A stretch of DNA of 64,000 nucleotides, taken from NCBI GenBank assembly GCA_046754465.1, contig JBHHVU010000004.1, forward strand, positions 43,959-107,958, read 5' to 3'. Shown one piece after another: positions 19,839-30,316 of this stretch. A program made the position numbers and the translations under genes. Under the pieces are notes generated by a model that saw only the letters and a program-made list of their open reading frames with translations, was not told the DNA's origin and did not search any database. Within the stretch, counting starts at the first letter, position 1. Every line of letters starts with the position of its first letter. The stretch comes from Nitrospinaceae bacterium (GTDB taxonomy: Bacteria; Nitrospinota; Nitrospinia; Nitrospinales; VA-1).

Positions 19839-20516
19839 TCAAAGAATTTTGTGATTGTCCAAAGTCATGCTCTCCACGGCGACTTGGCCGTCCTCGCAAT
19901 GAATGATTCGACGACAGGCCGGTAAGTCCGCCTCGCCCACACGATGGTAATCATCGGTATAACTTTCCACGTCTTTCAGGGTTCCATTTTCGGGATTGAA
20001 ATAATAAACCGTGTATTTGTGAGTGAGGAATTTTCCTTCCGGATTCTTAACGCTCTCTTCAATATTGATTGAAAAAGAGAACCTTGGGGTCTTACGATTG
20101 ATCTGCTGGATGCGGCCGTCCTTGATCCGATAAAAGGAATGCATGCCATCCCCTCCCATGATCACGCTGCGGCCGAGTGGGTGTTTGCCGTCGTCGCCGA
20201 AGGCCAGCTTGTATTTGCCGTCGGATTCCTCGAAGGACCGCGGTCCCCGGTGCATGGCGATCGAAGCCATGTTTTCAAGGACGAATTCCCTGGCCTTTTC
20301 ATCCTGAATGGTTGTTTCGATTTCTTTGGGATTTTTTACGGTCACAGTACCTTGCTCGTCTTTACCGTTGATGTTTACGGTGATGCCGGCCGTGAAACCG
20401 GGGAACCCCGAAGGCCATCGGGCGGTGTTGCCAAACACTTCTTTCAGAGCGGCACGCGCTTCCGAATCGTCCTCAAGGGTTGAGGCGACATCTTTTTCCT
20501 TGGTATAGGTTGCCAT
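19839..20516 (-). CDS. DUF3386-like protein
   Basis: RWPSGFPGFTAGI...MASIAMHR.PRSFEE resembles DUF3386; strong AGGAGG RBS before ATG 20516. Confidence 0.75.
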   Translation of the reverse strand: MATYTKEKDVASTLEDDSEARAALKEVFGNTARWPSGFPGFTAGITVNINGKDEQGTVTVKNPKEIETTIQDEKAREFVLENMASIAMHRGPRSFEESDGKYKLAFGDDGKHPLGRSVIMGGDGMHSFYRIKDGRIQQINRKTPRFSFSINIEESVKNPEGKFLTHKYTVYYFNPENGTLKDVESYTDDYHRVGEADLPACRRIIHCEDGQVAVESMTLDNHKIL

Positions 20517-20698
20517 TATAAACTTCCTCCTGGTGGAATGAAGGGTTTTCGGGATTGACTTCTCCAATGACCCGGTTCTTTCCTGACGGGAAAATCCGGA
20601 TCAAGATAGCCGGAAGAGGGTGCCGATTGCTCCCTCCTGATATTTTGGTTGAGTATATTATACTCCAGGGAGGCGGGGAACCGGGAAGTGTCCGGGAA

Positions 20699-21736
20699 TT
20701 AAAATAAGATCTCGATTTTGGCGTTCTTTCTAAGTTTGGCGATGTAATCCTGAACCTTTTTTTTGGCTCTTTCGGTGAAGAGATGCTTTTGGATTCCCTT
20801 TTCCATTTCAGAGAACGGGGCCAGTTCGGAGGGTTTGGTTTCAATGAGTTTGATGATGTGGAAACCGAAGGGGGTCTGGACCACACCGCTGACTTCCCCG
20901 GGTTTCAGTTTGGACACGGCTAAGTCAAAGGCCGGATCGAAGACTCCCTTGTAGATAAAGTCGAGATCGCCCCCTTTCTTGGCGCTGCCCGTATCGTGGG
21001 AATATTTTTTGGCCAGGTCCTTGAAATCCGCGCCGGCGCGCACTTCCTTAAGGATTTGGCGGATTTTTTCTTCCGCTTTTTTGCGTAATTCGTCCGTGCG
21101 GGCTTCCAACTCCTTGGGAGTGGATTTTTGGATGAGTTCCGGGGGATATATCGATATGAAAATGTGGCGGGCGCGGTAGGCTTCCGGCCGGACAAATTTT
21201 TTCTGGTTCGTCTCGTAATATTTTTTTACTTCCTCAGGGGAAATATTTATTTTCCCCTGGATCTGCTTTTCGAGTAGTTTGTGGGCAACGATGTCCACTT
21301 TGATAGATTGCCGCAAGTGGTCTTCGGTGAGATTCCGTTCCATCAGGGCCTTTTTAAACTCCTCTTCATTTTTATAGGGTTTGCGGATGGCTTCCAGTTG
21401 TTTCTCAACCAATTTCGGATCGAGGGGGATGTGTTCTTCCTTCCCCTGCTGGTATACCAGTTCCCGGATCACTTCCTTCTCGATCATATCCAGGATAATC
21501 TTCCTTTTTTGCGAAGAATTGAGCGGCTGGTTGATTTTCTTCATCAGGCGCTTTAGTTGAAACTGGATGATATTGGCGTCGACCGGGACCCCGTTGACGC
21601 GGGCCACAACGTCCGGAAGAGCCACCTCGGCGGCGGAACCCGCGGGTTTTTCCTGGGCTGCCGGGCAAACGGCGGCCAAACTCAACAGCCAAAAACAAAG
21701 AATCACCGCCGTCTCGAATTTAAAATTTTTGAGCAT
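20699..21736 (-). CDS. Periplasmic PpiC-type peptidyl-prolyl isomerase (SurA/PrsA-like)
   Basis: Signal peptide, VVARVNG, ARHIFI, FKDLAKKYS, GGDL, TPFGFHIIK. Confidence 0.92.
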   Translation of the reverse strand: MLKNFKFETAVILCFWLLSLAAVCPAAQEKPAGSAAEVALPDVVARVNGVPVDANIIQFQLKRLMKKINQPLNSSQKRKIILDMIEKEVIRELVYQQGKEEHIPLDPKLVEKQLEAIRKPYKNEEEFKKALMERNLTEDHLRQSIKVDIVAHKLLEKQIQGKINISPEEVKKYYETNQKKFVRPEAYRARHIFISIYPPELIQKSTPKELEARTDELRKKAEEKIRQILKEVRAGADFKDLAKKYSHDTGSAKKGGDLDFIYKGVFDPAFDLAVSKLKPGEVSGVVQTPFGFHIIKLIETKPSELAPFSEMEKGIQKHLFTERAKKKVQDYIAKLRKNAKIEILF

Positions 21737-22057
21737 TGATATTCTCCAAAAGATGTTTACCCCATTCGGGCCCCCTTGCCTGGACTCTTTCGGCAGGGAC
21801 CGATTTCTGGAAAAGGTTACCATTCCTATCAAACCGATGCAACGATTCCGTGATTGAGGGACCCGCGTTGACTCCCGGTGGGGGATGTGGGAAAATCCGG
21901 TGAAAGCATTCTACCTTGTATCCAGAACCCACCCTGGGCCTTGGTGAAACGTGGACAGGCACCGGCCAGCTCCAAGTGAATCACGGGACTGGCAGCGGGT
22001 GAGTCCCCTTGTCTCGTTTATGCGAACGCCGTCACTGTAGGAACGCGCCCCTCTTTC

Positions 22058-24706
22058 ATGGATCAAACACGTCACCCTGTTTATAGCGTCATTCCCTACT
22101 TTGGCCTGTTTTTTTCCGGGGCCGCCAGCCTGGTTTACGAACTGGTTTGGATCCGTCAACTCACTCTTGTTTTTGGTGCCACTCTCTACGCCATCAGCGC
22201 GGTCCTGTGTGCTTTCATGATCGGACTGGCCCTGGGAGCCTGGGGAATCGTGCGTTTCCTGAACTGGCGGGAACGCGGCGGCCGGACCCCGCGGATGGTC
22301 CGTTTATATGGAATGATCGAGGGATGGATTGGGCTGTACGGTCTGGGTTTTCCTCTGGGACTTCACCTGTTGGAACGCATCTATCCCCTGGCCGTGGACA
22401 GTGGGTTTGGGTCCGGAACCTGGCTGCATGGTTTGGAATTTTTTTTGAGCACGTTGTTGATGCTTCCGCCGACGGTGCTCATGGGCGCCACCCTCCCGCT
22501 TATCGCCAGTTGGGCCACACGGGAACAAACCGGCAGGATTTTTTCCAATGTTTCCATCCTTTACAGTATCAACACGTTCGGGGCGGTCTTCGGCTGCCTG
22601 TATACCCAGCTCTTCGCCATGGAGCATTTCGGGATTCGCGGGACAGTTTGGTCCGCCGCGGCGATGAACTTCCTCGTCCTTATGATTTGCCTGCCTCCGG
22701 GGGTCGAGCGCGCGCCGAAAACAAAGGCACCCCCTCGAGCCCGAAAAAAGTGGATCGAGGAAAAAGGAGAGGCCGATCCCCCATCCCGGCAGTCCACGAT
22801 CCTCGGTTTTCTGATCCTGGTTATTTTTATTTACTCGGGGATGGCCTCGTTATCCAGCGAAATACTTTGGACCCGCGTCCTGGTTTTTCCCATGGGGAGC
22901 ACCCTGTTTTCTTTCGCGCTCATCCTGGCCACCTTTCTTTTCAGCATCGCCCTGGGCAGCCTGGTGGCGGCAAGGATCCTTGGGAATTCGCGGTGGATTT
23001 TGAAATTCCTGCTCATCGAACTGGGGATCGGACTGGTTTGCATCGGCATCTTGCCCCTGTTCGATCGGTTGCCGGATTGGACCCGGTTGGCGGACCTCCT
23101 GTTTTACAATCTGGATAATTCAGCCGGTCAGACCCTCCTGGTGAGATCGCTCTTCGCCTTTGGCTTGATGTTTCTTCCCACACTGGGATTTGGCCTTCTC
23201 TTTCCCCTGGCTAACCGCATTCATGTCACCCTGTTTAGGACCGTCCGGAGGACCCTGGGCAATTGTTACGCCTTCAATACCTTGGGAGCGGTTCTGGGAA
23301 CCCTGTTGACCCCTTTTGTATTGATTCCTCTGTTCGGGATCCGGTTGTCGCTGTTTGTGATTTATTCCATCCTCATCCTGCTTTCATCCGTGGGCCTGGC
23401 CCTGTACCTCGAGGCGCGGCCGGTCCGTTTCGCGGGCCTGGTTTCCGGGGCGGGTCTGCTTATTTACGGGGGCTACGCCTATTCGACGCCCCACATATCC
23501 GTTAACCGGCTCGGCGACCACAATCTGGCACGGGTGGAGATCTCCGTTTCCAAGGACCGCCTCCGGCTTCTGGATTACCGGGAAGGTGATTTCGCTACCC
23601 TCAGCGTGGTGGAGAATGTGAATTCGGGAGAGCGCACCCTTTATGTAAACGGGTTCAGCACCGCCACGGTTACCCAGTCACTCAGTGGCAGCGCTTACAT
23701 GCGGGCGATGGGTTTTGTCCCCATGGTTCTGCATCCGGATCCCCGGAAGGCGCTGGTGATTTGTTTTGGGACCGGGAACACGATGGGTACCGTTTCCCTG
23801 TTCCCCGGCGTGACCGTGGATGGAGTGGAAATCGACCGCAACGTCCTTTCCTTGGCTCACTGGTTCTCTTCCTGGAATTACGATGTCCTCAACCGTTCCA
23901 ATACCCGCATGATGATTCAGGACGGAAGGACATTCACGCGCTGGACCCGGAACCAGTATGACGTAATCACCCTGGAGCCGATGTCTCCGGTTCAAGCGGG
24001 GGTGGTTCATCTTTATTCCCGTGAATTTTATGAACAGGCGCTGGGACGGCTGACGCCGGGCGGAATCATGGTACAGTGGCTTCCCCTCCATTTGGTGGGG
24101 GATGAGGATATGAAGGCGATCGTTAAGACGTTTAAGGCGGTGTTTCCCCACGTTTCGGTTTGGAACAGTTTCCTGACGCGGATCGTTCTCCTGGTGGGAT
24201 CGGACCGGCCGGTCCGGCTGGATAAAAACCGGTTTGATGATCTGATGCGGGTTCCTGCCCTGAAGGAAGCCGCGCGCCAGATGGGGGTCCAGGCGTTCCT
24301 GGATTTCACGGATTTTTTCCTGACAGATGCCGATCGTCTGGAATCCCTTCTTCAGGAGGCTCCGGTCATCACCGACGATCATCCGATCCTGGAGTTTTCC
24401 CCGGTTTCCCTATTGGCGCCGCTGTTGTGGCAAACGGACGAAAAATTTCTCAATCTTTTGCGTTACCGGGTGGGCCGGTTTCCCCCGGTGACGGGAATCA
24501 CCGGGGAAGAAGAACGGCTCCTTCGCCGGCAATATGAAATTCGCACGGCCCAACGGTTTGCCGTGTTTTCCCGAAGGTACCGCGGGCCCGGGGAGGCGGC
24601 TTTCGCCTCGAAAAATTATCTGTCCGGACTGGAGGCGGTGAAAATTTATTTGGAAACCAAAAAAGACACACCCATCAGCTTGAAAGATGCCCGGTGGCAT
24701 CCGTAA
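22058..24706 (+). CDS. Fused multi-pass membrane / spermidine synthase-like protein
   Basis: FFSGAASLVYELVWIRQL, LMGATLP, NTFGAVFG duplicated TM halves; C-terminal SAM-fold ICFGTG, VEID, DGR, YDVI, QWLP, TDDHP.LEF. Confidence 0.9.
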   Translation: MDQTRHPVYSVIPYFGLFFSGAASLVYELVWIRQLTLVFGATLYAISAVLCAFMIGLALGAWGIVRFLNWRERGGRTPRMVRLYGMIEGWIGLYGLGFPLGLHLLERIYPLAVDSGFGSGTWLHGLEFFLSTLLMLPPTVLMGATLPLIASWATREQTGRIFSNVSILYSINTFGAVFGCLYTQLFAMEHFGIRGTVWSAAAMNFLVLMICLPPGVERAPKTKAPPRARKKWIEEKGEADPPSRQSTILGFLILVIFIYSGMASLSSEILWTRVLVFPMGSTLFSFALILATFLFSIALGSLVAARILGNSRWILKFLLIELGIGLVCIGILPLFDRLPDWTRLADLLFYNLDNSAGQTLLVRSLFAFGLMFLPTLGFGLLFPLANRIHVTLFRTVRRTLGNCYAFNTLGAVLGTLLTPFVLIPLFGIRLSLFVIYSILILLSSVGLALYLEARPVRFAGLVSGAGLLIYGGYAYSTPHISVNRLGDHNLARVEISVSKDRLRLLDYREGDFATLSVVENVNSGERTLYVNGFSTATVTQSLSGSAYMRAMGFVPMVLHPDPRKALVICFGTGNTMGTVSLFPGVTVDGVEIDRNVLSLAHWFSSWNYDVLNRSNTRMMIQDGRTFTRWTRNQYDVITLEPMSPVQAGVVHLYSREFYEQALGRLTPGGIMVQWLPLHLVGDEDMKAIVKTFKAVFPHVSVWNSFLTRIVLLVGSDRPVRLDKNRFDDLMRVPALKEAARQMGVQAFLDFTDFFLTDADRLESLLQEAPVITDDHPILEFSPVSLLAPLLWQTDEKFLNLLRYRVGRFPPVTGITGEEERLLRRQYEIRTAQRFAVFSRRYRGPGEAAFASKNYLSGLEAVKIYLETKKDTPISLKDARWHP

Positions 24707-24754
24707 ACGCTGTGTGGGGGAGAGGGCCGGCGGGGATTGAGGGTGGGGAATCGT

Positions 24755-25723
24755 TCATCCGTCGCCGTTAGTGAACACACCCATGCCGCGGAATTTTTCC
24801 TGCCTGCGGCTCAGTAAATCCTGGGTGGAAGAGTGGCAGAGGTCCGTTAGATTGGAGCGCAGGGCTTTTTTCAACAGGATGGATGCCCTTTTTTTGTGGC
24901 GATGGGCGCCCCCCAGGGGTTCCCGGATGATTTGATCGATCACTTTCAGTTTCAGGAGGTCTTCCGCGGTGAGGCACAGCGCTTCCGCCGCTTGCACCAC
25001 CTTTTGTTTGTCTCCCCACAAAATCGAGGCGCATCCCTCGGGCGAGATCACCGAATAGACGGAATGTTCCAGCATCAGGATCCGGTCACCGATCCCGATC
25101 GCCAGCGCGCCCCCCGAGCCCCCTTCGCCGATGACGACGACAATGATCGGGACCTTGATGCCTATCATGGTATACATGTTGGTGGCGATGGCTTCCGATT
25201 GTCCCTTTTCTTCCGCGTCCACTCCGGGATAGGCTCCCGGGGTATCGATCAGGGTGATGATGGGAATATCGAATTTTTCCGCCATTTTCATCAGGCGCAG
25301 TGCCTTGCGGTACCCGGCGGGTTGAGACATCCCGAAATTCCGCGAAACCTTTTCCTCGTTGTCTCTTCCTTTTTGATGTCCGATGATCATCACCGATTGA
25401 TCGTCAAACTTTGCCACCCCCCCGACGATGGACGGGCCAAAGCCCCCGTGCCGGTCTCCGTGCAGTTCAAAAAAATTCGTAAAAATCTCATCAATATAAT
25501 CCAGGGTATAAGGCCGATCGGGATGCCTGGCGACCTGGGTTTTCTGCCAGCCTTTGAGATTGGCGAAAACATCGTGTTTCATGTGACGGAGTTTTTTCTT
25601 CAGTTTGGCGATCTCATGGGTGATGTCGCCCACGCTGTCGTACATGTGCGAAAGGGAAATCAGTTCATGGATCTGGTTTTCCAGCGCGAATATTTCTCTT
25701 TCGATATCCAGGATTTGGACCAT
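24755..25723 (-). CDS. accA: Acetyl-CoA carboxylase carboxyltransferase alpha subunit
   Basis: ARHPDRP, GHQKGR, GYRKALR, DTPGAYPG, GEGGSGGAL, YSVISPEGCASILW, EPLGGAHR. Confidence 0.95.
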   Translation of the reverse strand: MVQILDIEREIFALENQIHELISLSHMYDSVGDITHEIAKLKKKLRHMKHDVFANLKGWQKTQVARHPDRPYTLDYIDEIFTNFFELHGDRHGGFGPSIVGGVAKFDDQSVMIIGHQKGRDNEEKVSRNFGMSQPAGYRKALRLMKMAEKFDIPIITLIDTPGAYPGVDAEEKGQSEAIATNMYTMIGIKVPIIVVVIGEGGSGGALAIGIGDRILMLEHSVYSVISPEGCASILWGDKQKVVQAAEALCLTAEDLLKLKVIDQIIREPLGGAHRHKKRASILLKKALRSNLTDLCHSSTQDLLSRRQEKFRGMGVFTNGDG

Positions 25724-25863
25724 GGCGGATCGGTACTCAGAAGATATTGATCTTTACTGCCTTTAAAGTGATTTTAACACATTCCAACGGCGTCTTCCAT
25801 TTTCCCTGGGTCCGGCCGGTGTTGGCGGTGGTGGGTTGCCAAGGGAGGGAGAGGGGCCTGGAA

Positions 25864-26931
25864 TCAATAAAACCCGAAGATGGGGTGAATAAGTTTCGTC
25901 AGATGTTTGGATTCCTGCAAAGCCGCGGCGCCCTCGCTGCCAATTTTATTTTGTCCCAGTTTTAACGATTTCAGGTTCGACAGATTATGAGAATCGGCAA
26001 TGGCCTTGGCTCCCGCGTCACCAATGCGGTTGAAATTCAAATTCAATTTTTTCAGATGGGACAGGGTTTCGGATCGGGCCAGGGCGATGGCTCCCACATC
26101 GGTGATGTTGTTCTGGGCCAGGTTTAAAGAGGTCAGTTGTTTCAATTTCGGGGATTGGGCCAGCGCCGTCACGGCGTTGTCGCTCAGGCCGTTGCCGTGA
26201 AGGTCCAGCCGGGTCAAATTCGAGGCGTAGGGCAGGTCCAGCAAGGCAAACACGCCGATGTCACCGAGAATGATTTTCCCCATATCCTCAAGCTGGCTCT
26301 GTGTATGCAGTTCCTTGAGCTTTTGGATGACCTGGAACCGGTGCCACGCCGCTTCCCCGTCTTTTCCCAGGGGGTTGTAGGCGAGGCCGATGATTTGGAT
26401 GTTTTTCAGTTTGGGAGAGGTCGTGAGCCGAATCGCCCCCTCGTCGCGAATTTCGTTGTAATTGAGGTTGAGTTCGATGAGGCCGGAAAGGATATCGGAC
26501 TCGGCGATGGCCACCGCGCCGGCATCTTTGATCCGGTTCCGGTACAGGTTGAGCGTTTTCAGGCGGGAAAAGGTTTTCGATGAGGCGAGAATTTTCACCC
26601 CCTCATCGGTGACGGAATTGTTTTCCAGGGAAAGCGATGTCAGATTTCCGAGTTGTGGGGAATCGGCAAGGGCGCGGATACCTTCATCTCCCATTCCCGC
26701 CTTGTAAATGACGAGCCTGGTTACGCTTTTCAGGAGGGGGGATCGAGCAAGGACCCGAACCCCGGCGTCGCCGATGTTCTTGGCGTTGATTTTAAGGCTG
26801 GTGGGATTTCTCCGCAGTTTTTTTTTGATGTACTTTTCAATTCGGGGTCCGCTCCATTCAGGAGGTGAAGCGGCGGCGAAGAAAATATAAAAAAAAGCCA
26901 GCCCCAGGGCTGTCCATCGGCATCGATGCAT
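25864..26931 (-). CDS. Exported/membrane-anchored leucine-rich repeat protein (RNI-like)
   Basis: Hydrophobic N-terminus then about 10 LxxLxLxxNxIxDxGAxALAxS repeats in two blocks; alternative TTG start at 26961. Confidence 0.88.
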   Translation of the reverse strand: MHRCRWTALGLAFFYIFFAAASPPEWSGPRIEKYIKKKLRRNPTSLKINAKNIGDAGVRVLARSPLLKSVTRLVIYKAGMGDEGIRALADSPQLGNLTSLSLENNSVTDEGVKILASSKTFSRLKTLNLYRNRIKDAGAVAIAESDILSGLIELNLNYNEIRDEGAIRLTTSPKLKNIQIIGLAYNPLGKDGEAAWHRFQVIQKLKELHTQSQLEDMGKIILGDIGVFALLDLPYASNLTRLDLHGNGLSDNAVTALAQSPKLKQLTSLNLAQNNITDVGAIALARSETLSHLKKLNLNFNRIGDAGAKAIADSHNLSNLKSLKLGQNKIGSEGAAALQESKHLTKLIHPIFGFY

Positions 26932-27002
26932 AAACGGCCTGCTATAGTAAGGCGAAATCAATTCGCGGTTTTTTAATCTATGTTTTTATTTTAACGGGCC
27001 AT

Positions 27003-28019
27003 TCATTTTTTTTCAATTGCGTTCAACCGGGCTTCCAGGGCTCTTATTTTTCGGGCCATTTCTGGAAGTTTGGGAAAGAGGGTGACGTATTTTTTCCAGG
27101 TGTTCACGGGAACCCCCGGCATCCCTCCATAAACGGCGTTACTTTCAATATCCCGGAATGTCCCGGTTCGGGCGACGAGGACCGCCCGGTCGCCAATGGT
27201 CACGTGGTCGCCGAGACCCACCTGGCCGGCCAGGACCACATGGTGACCCAGGGTGCAACTCCCCGCCATGCCGACCTGCGCCACGAGAATCGTATGTTCC
27301 CCGACCGTGCAATTGTGCGCGACCTGGACGAGGTTGTCGATCTTGGTGCCCTTTTTGATCAGGGTGGCGCCCAGGGTGGCCCGGTCGATGCAGGTGTTCG
27401 CCCCCACCTCCACATGATCTTCCAGGATCACCTTCCCGATTTGCGGGACCTTGTAATGCTCCCCTTTTTCGTCGAGGGTATAACCGAATCCATCGGCGCC
27501 GATCACCACCCCGGCATGAAGGATCACATGGTTTCCGAGGACGGTATCCGGGTACAACGTGACGTTGGGATGGAGGATGGTGTGTTTTCCGATACAACAA
27601 CGGTCGCCCACGGCCGTTCCCGGATACAGGATGGATTCGTCGCCGATCGTGACATCATCCCCGATGGACACGAAGGCCGACAAAGTGACATGATCCCCGA
27701 GTTTGACGTTCCGGCCGATTTTCGCCTGGGGGTCGATTCCCGGTTTCGGACGGGAGCCGGGATGAAAGTGGTGCAGCAATTTGGCAAAAGCCAGCGCGGG
27801 ATGGGCGGTGATGATTTGGGCCTTGTCCGTCTCGATTTCCCGGTCGACGAGGACCGCCGCCGCCTTGGAGCGCTTCAAGGATTCAATGAATTTTTTTTGG
27901 GTGACGTAGGTGATGTGGCCTTCCCCGGCATCTTCTATTCCACCCACGTCGATGATTTCCAGGGTCCCGTCCCCTTTCAGGGTGCCTTGCACCAAGGCGG
28001 CGATTTTTTCCAGGTTCAT
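27003..28019 (-). CDS. lpxD: UDP-3-O-(3-hydroxyacyl)glucosamine N-acyltransferase
   Basis: Hexapeptide repeats, IGADGFGY, PQIG, GANTCIDR, KIDNLVQVAHN. Confidence 0.97.
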   Translation of the reverse strand: MNLEKIAALVQGTLKGDGTLEIIDVGGIEDAGEGHITYVTQKKFIESLKRSKAAAVLVDREIETDKAQIITAHPALAFAKLLHHFHPGSRPKPGIDPQAKIGRNVKLGDHVTLSAFVSIGDDVTIGDESILYPGTAVGDRCCIGKHTILHPNVTLYPDTVLGNHVILHAGVVIGADGFGYTLDEKGEHYKVPQIGKVILEDHVEVGANTCIDRATLGATLIKKGTKIDNLVQVAHNCTVGEHTILVAQVGMAGSCTLGHHVVLAGQVGLGDHVTIGDRAVLVARTGTFRDIESNAVYGGMPGVPVNTWKKYVTLFPKLPEMARKIRALEARLNAIEKK

Positions 28020-28160
28020 GATCAGGCCTTTCCTTCTCCATTTAAGTGAACAATTTTGTTTGCGGGACCGGGTGCGGAATCCGGAGGAAGGCTCCCCGGT
28101 TCCGTACAGGGGGAAGGAAACCGGAATCGAATTCTCTCCCTGGGAAGGATTTCCGCCGGT

Positions 28161-28886
28161 TCAAATAATCACGTCCTTGTCGATGGGGAAAATCTTTCCT
28201 TCGCTGAGCTGGAGCACGCGGTCCATTCGCCTCGCGATTCTTTGACTGTGCGTCACGATCACGATCGTCTGCCGGAATTCCTGGTTCAGGTTTCCGATCA
28301 ATTCGATCAATGAGTCGCTCGCGTGGATGTCCAGATTTCCTGTCGGTTCATCGGCCAGCAGGATGTCGGGTTGATTGATCAGGGCCCGTGCCAGGGCCAC
28401 CCGCTGACTTTCCCCTCCGGAAAGCTCGCCGGGTTTGTGTTGCATCCGGTTTTTGAGTCCCACCTGACCCAGGAGGTATTCGGCCCGTTCCCGGGCGAAT
28501 TTTTTGTTTTGGTTGCGGATCAGGGCGGGAAACATGGCATTTTCCAGGGCCGTGAAGTCCGGCAGGAGATTGAAAAACTGGAACACGAATCCGATATTGG
28601 AATTGCGGAATTTATCCAGGAATCCGTTTTTTTCCTGGTAGATATCCTGCCCGCGGAACAGCACCTGCCCCGCATCGGGGCGGTCCAACCCCCCCAGAAC
28701 ATGCAACAGGGTGCTTTTCCCCACGCCGGAGGCGCCGACGATTCCCAGCATTTCCCCCGTCACCACGCTCAGGTCGGCGCCGGACAATACCTGGAGGACT
28801 TCCCGCTTGGTTTTATAACTTTTGTAAACGCAGATGCCTTCGAGCAGGTGTTCCTTGGAAGCCGTGAGGGTGGCGAGATCATTCAT
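28161..28886 (-). CDS. lolD: Lipoprotein-releasing ABC transporter ATP-binding subunit
   Basis: GASGVGKSTLL, IGFVFQF, LSGGESQRVA, ADEPTGNLD; directly downstream of a lolE-like gene. Confidence 0.9.
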   Translation of the reverse strand: MNDLATLTASKEHLLEGICVYKSYKTKREVLQVLSGADLSVVTGEMLGIVGASGVGKSTLLHVLGGLDRPDAGQVLFRGQDIYQEKNGFLDKFRNSNIGFVFQFFNLLPDFTALENAMFPALIRNQNKKFARERAEYLLGQVGLKNRMQHKPGELSGGESQRVALARALINQPDILLADEPTGNLDIHASDSLIELIGNLNQEFRQTIVIVTHSQRIARRMDRVLQLSEGKIFPIDKDVII

Positions 28887-30165
28887 ACCGGAGCCCGTCC
28901 ACCGGATTCAGCCTGGAGGCTCTCCAGGCGGGATAAAGCGAAGCGACGAAGCAGATCACTATGGAAAAGACGACGATGAGAAAGGAATCCATGTATTGGA
29001 TTTCAGAAGGCAGCTTGTCCAGATAATACACGTCGCTGGGAAAAGCCGTGATGCCGAAAACTTTTTCGATGAGTCCCACGATTTCGTTCAGGTTAGGGAC
29101 AATGGTGAAACCCCCGATGCACCCCAAAAACGTGCCGGTGAGGCCGATGATCAGTCCCTCGAAGCTGAAGATTTTCAGGATGCTGTTCTTCGTTGCGCCC
29201 ATGGATTTCAAGATGGAAATTTCCTTAGTCTTTTCCATGACGACCATGAACAGAGTACTCACAATGTTGAAAGCGGCCACCAGGATGATCAGGATGAGGA
29301 TGACGAACATTACGATTTTTTCCAAGCGCAAGGCGGAAAACAAATTCTTGTTCATCCGCATCCAGTCTCTCACGAAAAAGGGAAACCCCAGTTTGTGCTG
29401 GATTTCCGATGCGATGCGTGGGGCCTGGTCTATGTCATCGACCCACAACTCCACGCCGGTGACTTTCTCTTTCATGGAGAAAAATTTTTGCGCCGCCGGG
29501 ATGGAAATGAATGCCAGGTTGGAATCGTATTCGAACATGCCGGATTCGAATATCCCGGCCACCTGGAAGAGCTTCATTTTTGGAATCAGGCCCATGGGGG
29601 TGATCCGTGAGGCGGGGGAAACCATGGAAACGATGTCCCCCATATGCGCGCCCAGCCGTCTCGCCAGTTCCTTTCCCAGGATGACTCCGGGTCGTTTGAA
29701 TTCCTGCGGCCCCGCGGTGGTTTTATTTTCCTTTTTTTCGGTTTCCAGAAAATCCAACTGGCCCTTGATCATGTTTTTCCTCAAGTCCGACACACCGGCC
29801 TCCCGGAGGATGTCCACCCCGCGGACGGCGATTCCCGATACCCGGCCCCTGAAGGTCAACATGACCTGGTTCATGATGAAGGGGGCGGCCGCCACCACTC
29901 CCGGCACACTTTGGACCTGTTGAATGATCTTGTTGAAATCGCCGATACCCCCTTGGTTGAGGTTGGTCACCACCGCGTGGCTGTTGGTTCCAAGGATCTT
30001 GTCGCGCAAGTCCTTGCTGAAGCCGGACATGACGGCGATGACCACGATCAGGGCCATGACGCCCAGGGCCACGCCCCCGATCGATATCCACGTGTTCAAC
30101 GAAATGAATTTCTGGGTTCTTTTCGCGCGAAGATGGCGCAGACTGACAAATAGTTCGTATGACAT
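28879..30165 (-). CDS. lolE: Lipoprotein-releasing ABC transporter permease (LolC/E/F family)
   Basis: GVALGVMALIVVIAVMSGF, LFSALRLEK, VAAFNIVSTL, SLYPAWRASRL..LRYE. Confidence 0.92.
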   Translation of the reverse strand: MSYELFVSLRHLRAKRTQKFISLNTWISIGGVALGVMALIVVIAVMSGFSKDLRDKILGTNSHAVVTNLNQGGIGDFNKIIQQVQSVPGVVAAAPFIMNQVMLTFRGRVSGIAVRGVDILREAGVSDLRKNMIKGQLDFLETEKKENKTTAGPQEFKRPGVILGKELARRLGAHMGDIVSMVSPASRITPMGLIPKMKLFQVAGIFESGMFEYDSNLAFISIPAAQKFFSMKEKVTGVELWVDDIDQAPRIASEIQHKLGFPFFVRDWMRMNKNLFSALRLEKIVMFVILILIILVAAFNIVSTLFMVVMEKTKEISILKSMGATKNSILKIFSFEGLIIGLTGTFLGCIGGFTIVPNLNEIVGLIEKVFGITAFPSDVYYLDKLPSEIQYMDSFLIVVFSIVICFVASLYPAWRASRLNPVDGLRYE

Positions 30166-30316
30166 GGCAGTTGACTGGAAAGGGGTGAATTCAGAATCCG
30201 CTCCCGCGGGAACCGGTCCCGGATAAAATCATGGGTGGATTTCCGGTTAAAAAGGGCCGGCTCCCTTGAGCTCCTGAAATGGAAGTTCACTTTCCCTCCT
30301 CTTTTATTTTGCCCGT

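Noticed and set aside
21915..22010. SAM-I or spermidine riboswitch upstream of the spermidine-synthase-like gene
   Set aside because: Lacks the GAGGGA kink-turn, GCAACC and GUGC..AUUCC core in the correct order; kept only as a weak leader finding.
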